A program made the translations under genes and the position numbers. A DNA stretch of 64,000 bases from Lama guanicoe (Eukaryota): assembly GCA_013239625.1 (NCBI GenBank), contig MU053557.1, positions 1,929,063 through 1,993,062 on the forward strand. Reading direction: 5' to 3'. The notes below the pieces were generated by a model. It saw only the letters and a program-made list of their open reading frames with translations, searched no databases and had not been told where the DNA came from. Of this stretch, positions 40,484 through 51,576 are shown piece by piece. Position 1 is the stretch's first letter, and each line of letters begins with the position of its first letter.

Positions 40484-40915
40484 TATATATACAACTTCTT
40501 TATCCAGTCATCTATTTATGGACAGTTAGGTTGCTTTCATGTCTTGGCTACTATAAATAGTGCTGCTATGAACATTGGGGTTCATATGTCTTATTTGATG
40601 GGGGAGGTAATTAGGTTCACTTATTTATTTTTAGATGAGGTACTGGGGATTAAATCCAGGATCCCATGTATGCTAAGCATGTGCTTTACCACTTGAGCTG
40701 TACCTCCACCCCTTTGCATGTATCTTTTTGAATTAGTTTCTTTTGGATATATGACTAGAAGTGGGATTGCTGGATCATAGGGTAAGTCTATTTTCAGTTT
40801 TTTAAGGCATTTCCACACTGTTCTCCATAGTGGCTGCACCAAACTACATTCCCACCAACAGTGTAGGAGGGTTCCCTTTTCTCCACAGCACCTCCAGCAA
40901 TAAGCTTTTGTAGAT
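39896..40915 (-). mobile_element. 5'-truncated L1 containing a compound microsatellite and a SINE
   Basis: L1 3'UTR and ORF2 end ([28 protein letters not shown]); (TG)/(TA)/(CA) tract at ~40399-40492. Confidence 0.85.
40593..40712 (-). mobile_element. tRNA-derived camelid SINE nested in L1
   Basis: Reverse head GGTACTGGGGATTAAATCCAGG...ACCACTTGAGCTGTACC. Confidence 0.8.
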
Positions 40916-41854
40916 TCACCATCTTTTAAATAGTCTTTCTATCTTTGAGGACACATCCAGGTCAGCTAGAATCAGCTTCTCTAAGTTGTAACTAAAAGTC
41001 CTGACAGATAAGGGGGAGAAGTGGATGCGGGCAGGCTACTTCTTGAGCTACTTCAGTTCTCCAGGCAAGAAAGGAGGGAGCCGACTCCAGAGACTGGGGT
41101 GGGGAGTCAACTGAGTCATACAGTCACATCTCTTTATAGTACCTCATAGAATAAAGGTAATTTTAATGCCCTCAAATTAGGAAGAACATTGCCTCTGAAT
41201 AGACAGCCTTTTTACATTGAATGACTTTAGCTTTATGAAAAACTTACTACACTGCTCTACATTTTCTCATTTTTTGAGAAGAATGAAACTTCATATGCAC
41301 TTACACTGGTCCAGTCCATAGAATATCATCTGGGGACAACTACCTCAAAAAAAAAAAGTGATTCACTGAATTACAGTCACTTAATCAACAAACATTTACA
41401 GAGCACCTTCTGCATTTCAGGCTCTATGCTGCTCTCAAGATCAGTATGTTTCCTGCTCTAGTAGAGTCTACAGCCTATGTGGACATCAGAAAAATTAGAA
41501 GCACGCCGTGGACCAAAGAAAATCAAATAACTAATTGCAGAATGACCTGCTTAGAGGTTTATTACCAACCTGATGGAGCAAGCGATTACAGGCAACTTGA
41601 CATTGATGAGTTGGCTGTAAATTAAGCATAACAATTGGGAGTGCCCGTGCAGGAGATTGTATCTGGGATGGGGTGGGTGGCTACTCCTCTTCTTGGGAAA
41701 AAAGCCTCCTGTGGGAGGTGGGGCTTCCAGCACAATTCAGGAGGAAACCACATCTGGGGCAACTTCAGCTGTGTCTGTACCTGAACAAGCAGCTGTCTTT
41801 ATAAGCTTTCTCTGGTGCAGTATCTCTTCCCTGCTCCTTCCTGGTCATTTCAGT

Positions 41855-42247
41855 TAGTCTAAACAGGGAGTCAAAGGTGAGGGAATCCAAACTGGGAGTT
41901 CGTGATTTGCAGATACTAATTACTATATGTAAAACAGATGAACAACAAGGTCCTACTGTACAGCACAGGGAACTATATTCAATACATTGTGGTAACCTAT
42001 AGTGAAAAAGAATATGAAACGGAATATATATATATTTGTGTGTGTATAACTGAATCAGGATGCTGTACACCAGAAACTGACCCAACATTGCAAACTGACT
42101 TCAGTAAAAAAGAATGCAAAAAAAATAATCTTGAAATGGTCTATACTGAAAAAGAATATGAAAAGGAACATATATACGTATTACTGAATCCTATGCTGTA
42201 CACCAGAAACTAACACAATGTAAATCGACTATACCTCAATAAAAAAA
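41855..42247 (+). mobile_element. Two tandem L1 3' termini
   Basis: GAAAAAGAATATGAAA...GCTGTACACCAGAAACT occurs twice (~42004 and ~42148), each followed by an A tail. Confidence 0.8.
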
Positions 42248-45187
42248 TTTTTTTTAAGTTAGGGAATCCCTTGGTAGGAGATCTTAGACCAAAAGATAAA
42301 AATCTTGCTCCTAGTTAAGAAGATTAAAAAATAATAACAAAACGCCACTGAGCTCCCACAGTAAGCACAGCAGATAAAGACGAACAGCTCCTCCCCAGCC
42401 ACAGAGGTCAAGGGTGAAGCGCAGAGTGAGGGCAGGCAACCAAGTGTTGCTGGGGTCCCAGGATTTCAGTTCCGCTCTCCGGCATCCAGAGGGGACTGCT
42501 CGAGGCAAAATCAGGTCACTACCATCTAAAGTGCTTTTTGTTTCCTTGTCCTGATGCTATAGTCTGAGAAGCAGGGGTTGCTTTTCAAGAGTGGCTTGGA
42601 GGCCTCTTGCATCAGGATCACCAAAGGTGCTTGGAAAATGAAGTCTCTGGGCCTTTCCTAGGCCTCCTGAGTCAGAATTTCCAGAACCTGCAGTTCAGAT
42701 CAGCTCCCTAAGTGATCCTGACCTGAAACGTGAGGACTGCTGTGCTAAGGGCACTCTGCCTATCTATGGATGACCGAGACGAGAGGAAGTGTGAGGAGGA
42801 TGCAAACCACCGACCAGGAAGAGGCCTTGCAGGAGCTGACAGATGGAGGCAGGTGCAGGGGGCCAATGCCCGCCACCTTTCCTGTGCTCTCCCTACTGGG
42901 AGAGAATGGCCAGGTTCAGGTCACCTTCAATGGTCTGTGGATGTTCTGTAAACCCCTCTAGTTACTGTTACTGCCTGGCTTGACCTTTCCGAGGTTACTG
43001 TCCACCTTAGTTCTCTAGGGTCCTGTGGGCTGAGAACTTCAAAAACCAGAGATTACCTACAGGTTTCCAGAACAAAACCCAAGCTGGTGAGCCCTGCCGA
43101 TTAAGAAGTTGGGCTCCGGACTCTGGACACTAGAAGGCTGTGTGTCCTTGAACATCTCCCTGTGCCTCGGTTTCCTCATGTATACAGTGGGTTTATCACC
43201 AGGACACCCCTCCTCGGGACGTTTTGAGCAGCAATTGAGACCATCCATTCTCAGCTCTCAGCCTGTGCTTGGAACAGAGTTCACGCAGGACAAATGTTGA
43301 CTTAAACATACAACCTGTCAGACATGCCGGACCCCACGGGGAATTGCCCACAGCGCACCCGGCTGATAAGAGTCACCACGGAGGTGTGGGGACCTGGGGG
43401 AGAAAGATGAGCTTATTCATGGGGACCAGATGACGCTCTGCAGGGAAGTCAGAGAGCTGTGCTAGGCTGTATGGGAGGCGAGGGGGTGGAGAAAAAGGTG
43501 GGACGCTGCTCAGAGCCTCTGCTTGTGCTGGGGCGGGAATCATGTGTGATGGGAAAGGAAAAGAAAAGGGAAGTGACAAACTCGCTGTGCATGTGTCTAT
43601 CATCCCGGATGAGCAATAAAGATGATGAGAATCCTCAAGACCAGGCTGCGTCATTCAAGGAAGAATAGAAAAAGCTTGTTATTAGGGGAAATTGATGCTC
43701 TGTGAAACCAGAGCTTTTAGAACAAAGAGAATCAGATTGGCATTTTGGGAGGCTGGGGAAGTGTGTTTCATTCAAGATTGGTTACAGGCCTTGGGGTCTT
43801 TTGTTTTCTGCTATTTCATTATTTTCCTGTCCCATTTTCTCCCCCAGGCTCCAGGCTGAACCCTGGGGTACGGGGGGCATCTATTAAAAAAAAAAACCCT
43901 TGAAGTGGAGGTATCGGGGAGGGGAGAATTTCTTGTCAGGGAAACACACACAATCTGTATTTTGAAGGGCCTTATTTGAACTGCCTAGAAAATACTTCAG
44001 AGGCAAGTCTGAACAATCTGATTGATCACAAACTCAACCTTATAATTTTCAAAGGAGGCAGTACAGAGGATGGTGGAGGACGTGGATGCAGCTCTCGAGG
44101 CCAGGATTCAAACAATGATCAGACTAAGATGACTGGCTGTGTTACCTTGGAGAAACCACTTAACCCCTCTGAGCCTCAGTTTCCTCATCTGTAAAATGGG
44201 GTCGAGATTATAACTAATCTTATAGAGTTGTCATGAGAAATGAGGGAGGGTTGTGCAGAGCAAACCCTCAAAGAAAGGGCACTGTCCTCATCAATGTCAT
44301 TGCCGCCACTATTCATAAGAGATTATGGGAAAAACAATGGAAGCCGATACAGAATCAAGATGGTCCCTGGTTTAGAATCACAGCAGCATTCAGGAAACTC
44401 ACAAACCCCCTGTTTCATCCCCAACAGCAGTGGGAGCCATCGCCAGATCTATTTTGTAAATTCCCTGTTCTTTCTGAGAAAGCACTTATTTCCAGGGCTG
44501 GAAGTCTCCAGAGCCCACGTCTCCTCTAAGTTACAGAACGGTATTGCTGGGTTGGGATAGACCAATTCTCCACAGAAAATGCCCGCTGCCCCCACCCCAC
44601 CCCACCACCAGGAACCAATTCCCAAGTCTCCTTTCTTCCCCAAAGTCAATTCCCAAGGCACAAACGGTGCAGAAAGCAAGCAATGCTTGTTGTTCTTTCT
44701 CAGGTTTCCCTGGTTTTTGGACCCACGAGTTTGTGTTTCTGTGTTCCAGTCTCCCCAGAGCTGGGGATGACTTTAAGGACATTTCAGAAAGAAAGGAGGT
44801 GTGAGAATGAGGGTACGTGTGCAGGATACAGACAAGGACCATGATCAAAAAACAACGACAACGACAAAACACTCTCCAGCTCATTGAGTTCATCGAGTCA
44901 TTCTGTAAACCCTGACAGCATCCCCAGTGTGTGGCAGGCGCTGTGCCGGGGACTGGCCAACAGAGAGAAGAGAACACGGCCCATGATCTAGAAGTTTACC
45001 GCCTGGGGTGGGGCAGGGTATAGCTCAGTGATAGAGTGCATCCTCAGGGTTGGCCCAGTGATGCCTCTTGATGAGATTACTGGGCTCTGTCCCATGGACC
45101 GGTGAACACCTAGGGATATCCCCAAATATCTCCCCATCCCTCACCTGTCTCCATGCCTGAATTCCCTCATTGGTCTCATTTAAATCC

Positions 45188-45279
45188 TTTTTTGTTTTCC
45201 TTGTAAATGGCAGTACTGGGGATTGAACCCAGGACCTCATGCATGCTAGGCATGTGCTCTACCACTGAGCTATACCCTC
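45188..45279 (-). mobile_element. tRNA-derived camelid SINE (Vic-1-like)
   Basis: GTACTGGGGATTGAACCCAGGACCTCATGCATGCTAGGCATGTGCTCTACCACTGAGCTATACCC. Confidence 0.87.
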
Positions 45280-47496
45280 GTTAGCCTTCTTTTTGGAATA
45301 AGGGACCATCCCTTGGTTGTATGCCAATAGCCCTAGGAGCTGCCATCACCAGCCACACCAAAACCACTTTCCTTAATCCCCTTCACAGAACTTTACAGTT
45401 TACAAAACACTTTATTATCTGGCAGTAGGGTAGGCAGTTTTGTCCCCACCTTCCAGATGAGGAAGTTAAATAATGAGCCTCTGGCCTCAAAGCTCAAAGG
45501 TGACAGATCTGGGACCTGAACCTGACTCCAAGTCTAGGGCCCAGCAGAGCTGGCCAGGGTCACCATTATTCTTAGCACCTGAGGTCTAAGTTCCTCTTTC
45601 CTCTCAAAAGTAGATGCTTTGTGGTTCTGATGGAGAAAGTCGACTTGGTATGGAGTTAACGTCCTACTCTGCATTCTTCAAGAGCTCCACGGAGGGAAAT
45701 GCTGAGGGGTCGTGTGTCCTTCAGTACTCACGCAGAGGCTGCCCAGCCCCGTGGGCATGGGGAGAGGTCAGGGTGGCAAGGAACAGCTAGTAATAACGGC
45801 CAGTCCCTGGGTGTGACCCTGGGGCCAGCACTCTGCAGCATGCCTCAGCTACATCCCCCAAGTGTCCCTACACCCCCCGTTCCCACCAGTACAACTATAG
45901 TCCTTCGCACCCCCATCATGTAGAGATTTCTCCCCACACAGAGGCAGAACCTTAGGAACAAGTCCCCTTGTGTTCTTCATTACTATTTACTACCCACCCA
46001 CAAGTCCCTGTGGGAATTACCTTGGCATCTCCATGGGTGCAGTGGCCTCCATGAAAACACCGCTTTCCTGCCTCCTGGGACCTTAAACCCTTGAGAAGTG
46101 AAACAGACTTGAGGTCCCTTGTGTTTTCACCCCACCCCTGGCTCCTGTGTAAGCCCTTTCCCCAACTCCACGTCGTGTCACCTCAGCCTCTGAGTTACTG
46201 AGCGTCCCACGCACCTGGGGAGAGCAGACCCTTCAGCTATGGCTCTAACCCCTGCCTTCCGGGGTCTGAGCATCAGTCCTTGGGGTCAGGCAGGGTCAGA
46301 CTCCTCACAGGCCACCGGCTGTCCCTGGGCCCCCAATTCTTTCCCCAGGCCCCACGCAAAAGACTCCACCCTTCTCTTTTCGTCCAAAACTAGATAAACA
46401 AATTGTGGAAAATGGAGAATCTGGGTCACACAGATCAACTGAACATTGCTGGATAATTCCAGAAACATGACAGCTCAGGGAGGGCATGCAGCAGTTGGTC
46501 CCAATCCTAAACTCTTACAAATCCCCCCCGTAGTAACGATAGCTGTCATTTATCAAGTCCTCACATACTTATCCAAATAACCCTCACCAGGACTCTTTGG
46601 ATTAAGTACCACAACTGCCCCCGTTTAGATAAGAAAATGGGGGTTTAGAAGGTCACTTGCTGAGGTCACCCTCTCCGAGCCAGAAGGTCAAGGGATGGGC
46701 CCCATCTATCTGATCCCAGAACCTCAACTCTGCACCCTAATGCAGCACTGAGTCCCCCCCAGCCCCCTAGCTGTGTTTGAGGAGGTTGCAGATCTAGGTA
46801 GCATTTCTTGCGACTTGATTGCTCTGAGAAACAATGACAAAGGAGAGCTTAAGTATTGGGTGGGGGGGTGGGTGGAGAAGAAACTGTTAATTTTAGCTCT
46901 GTAACTCAGACTGCTCATTAAGTGACAGAGGTGTCACCATGCCCCTTATCTTTGCCATCCACCTTCTAAAATAAAAGAGTCAGGGCCTATGATTTCCTCA
47001 GCAGGAAGATTCACCCTTCAGGGGACGATGGGGTGTTTTTCACAAGTCACCAAAAGAGACACTGGCCTGCGAAAGTCTCCTGTCATTTCTCCCAATTTCC
47101 CCCAATTGTGCCCTCAACACTTGGTAATGAGTCTTGTGCAATAGGATAATATTCCAGAAACTTGTTTTTTAATGGAGGCCTGCCCCAAGGGGGCCAGCCA
47201 AACCTGTACTGGGACCTGGTCAGTTCGGGCCCCTCATCCCCATGTCTGAATCACAGAGACGTCCTCTGCAGCAGTGACCTGTGGATTCTAACCCCCTAGA
47301 ATACTAAGTTCCTCCTCCTCACTGCTTATCTTAGTTCTACATAAAGTGAAAATTAAGCAATTATTTGACATAAGCCAAAACAAGAATCCTAAAGTTAGAA
47401 TTCGAGCCAGGGGGTGGTAACTACAATATTACCCCTACCTGAAAAAACAAAGGGTGATGGTAGCTCACACCCGTCTGGTGTTCACTGTATCCCAGG

Positions 47497-47660
47497 CCCT
47501 GTTCTCAAAGTGTAGCCGGGACCACCACATCAGCATTGCCTGGGAACTGGTGAGAAATGCAAATTCTCAGCTCCCTGCACCCAAAGACTTAACTGAATCA
47601 GAACTCCTGAGGATGGAGCCCAGCGATCTGTTTTAACAAGCTGTCTGGGTGATTCTGACA
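47497..47660 (+). mobile_element. MER5A (hAT-Charlie MITE)
   Basis: TTCTCAAAGTGT...CATCAGCATTGCCTGGGAACTGGTGAGAAATGCAAATTCTC...ACTGAATCAGAA...TTTTAACAAGC...GGTGATTCTGA. Confidence 0.75.
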
Positions 47661-48904
47661 AGGTACCTGTAGAGCAAGGTACCATATGCTCTAAAGTTGG
47701 GAATGCAGTCTGACTTCACCGAGTCCTTCCAATGACCATGGAAGGTGTAGGAACCACTGGAGAAGAAACCTATGTTTCTAAAATACCGAGCCCTGTCCAA
47801 AGTGAGTAGCAACGCCAGGATTGGAACACAAGGCATTCTGCTCCCCAAAGAACTGCGTCCCTAAACACACGTTTCCTTACTGATGAAAAGTAAGAATGGC
47901 CGAGGCAGGGAGACAGATCACTATTCCCATGGAAACCAATTAACAGTAGCTTCGGTCCAGGGAGGGGAAAGACGTTAACATCTATTGAACATCAGTTATG
48001 TGCCAGTCACTGTACATAAATATCTCGTTTCGCTCTCACAGAAGCCCAGGCCAGGTAGGCATTCTGGAATCAGATCAGGCAGGGTAAGCAACTTTCCTAG
48101 GCTCTCACACCTGCGTAAGTTGCAGAGCAGAATCTGAATCCTGCTTAGTCTGTCTCTAAAAATCCTCCCAGCCTCCCTGGGGCACACTCACCACATTCAG
48201 CATAAGCATGTGACCTCATGGCAAAAAAAAAGAAAAAAAAAAAAACTAGAAAACCAGGGATAAATGCCTATGCAGCAGCAAATGAGATCACCCCGCTCCA
48301 GGGGTAAAAACTACCTTGGCAGCAACTCTGGGGCTTTTACAGCGTCACCCGTCACCCCAGGCTGCTCCTCCCTCCCCTCCCTTTTTCCGTCTCAAAAACC
48401 ACCGACTTTTCCCTTTCACCTGTGAGACAGGGAAGTTAAGTTCTTACTAAATTAAACATGTCTGTTCTCTTCCTATAAAGTGAGTATTCATCTGCCTTTC
48501 CAGGGAAGCAAGGCCTTTCGTGGGTAATGATGCCAGAAATTGGGTGAATCGCCAGTTGAAATCCTAGCTATATTCAGCGTGGATTATCATAATGTTATGA
48601 ATGCCTTTAACCAGCTCCCCACACAGAACACATACACACCCTCGAAACTGGCGTGGAATTTACCAGCAACCTTCCCCAGTTGGTGGCTTAATGCACTTGC
48701 AGGCAATATATGACATGTCATGAAACATCTAAAATCAAGCAGCACAGGAAGATCTAAAACTTAAAGCTACAGTTTCTCTGCCCTCATTTTGCAATTTTTT
48801 TTAAACAAGTTGCTGTTTCTTTTCACTTAAAAAAACCAAAACACAGAATTTCCCCCTTTGGTTCACAGAGTCATGGAAATTCTGGGTAAAAATATTTGTT
48901 GACA

Positions 48905-49053
48905 GCAGGGTGGGGGTATAGCTTAGTGGTAGAGTACAAGCTTAGCATGCACGAGGTCGTGGGTTCAATCCCCAGTACTTCCATTAACAACAACAAAATG
49001 TTTTTTAATGTTTACCATAATAGTGAAAATGTTGAAAACAATTATATAAAAAT
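48905..49053 (+). mobile_element. tRNA-derived camelid SINE with extended tail
   Basis: Head GGGTATAGCTTAGTGGTAGAG...CCCCAGTAC; TSD ATATTTGTTGACA at 48892-48904 and 49054-49066. Confidence 0.85.
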
Positions 49054-49982
49054 ATATTTGTTGACATAAATATATAAAACAGCCCCCAAATCTCCCTAGC
49101 TTGAAAGTGGTCATTGGCTCGCGGGTCTTTTAGGGAGGAGACCAGGCATCCTGGTCTTCTTTGTCCAGCACTGTGATCAGATGGCTGCTCACACTGCAGT
49201 CTCAAAGCCTGACACCTCCTGCCACAAACTCAGTGCTCAGGTGCTACAGAGCACAGGCTGTTCCCAGAAGGTCCCAGGTCCTCTCCTGCCTTCATGCCTT
49301 TACACCTGTGGTCTCTCAACTGGAATCCCCCCTCCATGCCTTTACGGGGCTAACTACTCCTGCTCATCCCTCCGAACTCAGCCCAGGTGTCAACTCTTCA
49401 GGGAAGTCTTCCCTGACTTCTGCCACCAGAGTCCCCCAAGGGACGACGTGCTGACCCTCATCACACTACTTACCATGCGATTTTATGATAGTCATTTACT
49501 TTGGTGCCCCTTCCAAAGCTGGGAACTACCTAAAAAGATCTCACTGTTGTCAGGGCCCAACACAGGGCCAGACACAAGGTAAGCACTCAGAATATCTTTG
49601 CTGAATGAGTGAATAAACGAGTGACTGAATGACGATCTCTTCGATACTTTCCCACAAGCTCCGGATGCACAATGGAAATGAGACAGGGGGTCGTTCTCTC
49701 TCAACAGCCTTAAAATGCTGCTCCCACCCTCAGGGGCTCAAATGGCCCCACATGGCCGGAAGTGGCTCAAGGCTGCAGAAACCCTAGTCTAAAGTGTTAT
49801 CTAGATGAGCCCAGGGGTGTTCTCCAAACTCGAGATTCTTAATGTTGGTAGCAAAACCAAAGCAAGGCCAGAATCCTGGGAGTGGCTCCTGTCTGGAATG
49901 GTCTGGAAATTTACTTTGGTTCAGACCTTCTAAGCATAAGGCCAGTGCAAGCATGTGTATGTGTATTTATTATAAAAGCACT

Positions 49983-51576
49983 AGGTAGAAAAGAAAGCAC
50001 CGTTGCTCTAAAGCTCAGCAGACGGGCAGGGGAAGGGCGTGTGCAGCTATGAGCTAGAGACCTACCTGGAGTCCAAAGGCAGGACTGGACCCCAGCACAC
50101 TGTGTTCACTGGCCCTCCACACTGGGCCAAGGGAACCCCAAAGCCTCGGATCCTACCCTGGCTGGTGTGGCAGCTGGACGTGGGGCAGCCGGAGGGCAGG
50201 GTCTGGCTGGACCAGAGCCATGTGCACCTCCGCATCCTGCAGAAGCATGGTTTGCAGCAGGACGCCTAGCAAGAGGACCTCCACATCTTCCAGCCTGGGG
50301 ATGCCAGTGGTCCTACACCCCTGGGAAGGACAAGCCTGACCTGCAGACCTGGAAGAGGAATTTCCAGTCTGCCCCGAACTGGAAGGAAGTGTTGCATTCA
50401 GCCAAGAATAGAGCAAGGACCCCCGTGACCTGCACTAGATCTGAGAGTTTGTGACCTCAGGAGTTGGGGACTTTCCTGAGTCAGATACCTCTCCAGATGC
50501 CAGTGACAGATGTGGTACCTCTAATACCCCAGAGGAGTTCCTGAGTCGCACGGGCTTGGCCCCAGTACCAGACACTGGGCTCTCGTGTCTGGCTGTGGCC
50601 CCTGAGCACCCTCCTGACCTTTTGCTGAACCCCAACTTAGAGATCCCAGCTCCCTGCCCAAACTCGGACCCCCACTCCCACCCCAGAAAACCCACTGAGG
50701 CAGCTGTTGCTACTAGAGGAAGATGAGTGCCAACTGTGGAATGGGAGGGGCAGGGGCTGGGACAGTGGGTCCCCTTACACTCTCTCAGTCTCCCTTTTCA
50801 CATCACTGCTGCCACTGCTGAGAGTGGGAATTCAGGGGACCACTGTCCTCCTGGGTGCCAAGTCTTTCAGCACACTGTCCTCTGCCTAAAGGACCTATGG
50901 CTAGTGGGGTCAGAAACAGGGGACAGGACACTGCCTGGGCAGCCAATAAGACTATCAGGCCCCGGGATGTGACAGGCTACAGGCGGCATGTCCTGAGCTG
51001 CCTGGGCAGGGAGGCGGTAGGATCAGCTCCGTGGAGAGCCTGGCAGTGCTTTGGGCCCAGAGCCTGGGGCACTGTCACTGGTACTGGGCTGTGGCAGGAG
51101 CCCCTCACTGGTGCTGGTCCCCAACATGATGGCGAGGTCCCCAAGAACAAGAAGGGAGGCATGTTCGACCTGGGACCTTTTGTGGCAGATCTGATCATCT
51201 TCAAGGAAGGAAGCAGACACTCATTATCTACACCCTATAGTTCTGTGTCAGGGAGTCATTGCCCCAGGGCCAGCTGTGGATCAAGAGTCTCCTGATGGTC
51301 AAGGTGGTTCCCATGTGTCTCAGCTCCCTGCCAGATGTGGCCCAGTTAGGAGTGCCTTCTCACTGGAGAATACCAGAGACCTGTACATTTCCACCAGCCA
51401 TCCACTCCCCTTCACCTCGGACCAGTTCAAGGCCTACCTCCAAGACCTGGTCAAGGACGTGGATTTCTAGGTCACTGGAAAGGCCTGAGCCTTCCCTCCT
51501 CATGAGTATAGTCCCCACCCTGCACTTCAACCAATCAACTTTTTCTTGCCACCATCACGAAAAAACCGTCAAACAT
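49983..51576 (+). pseudogene. IRF3: IRF3 retropseudogene (semi-processed, one retained intron)
   Basis: Collinear IRF3-like peptides across frames: GTPKPRILPWLVWQLD, KHGLQQDA, GKDKPDLQTWKRNF, VTSGVGDF, QVFQHTVLC...GSETGDRTLPG, DGEVPKNKKGGMFDLGPF, MVKVVP, SLENTRDLYISTSHPL...FKAYLQDLV. Start ATG>AAG (50129), several stops and frameshifts, ancestral TGA at 51486-51488, decayed polyA signal AATCAA (51533-51538), A-rich tail, candidate TSD AAAGCA(C/A)T. Confidence 0.95.
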
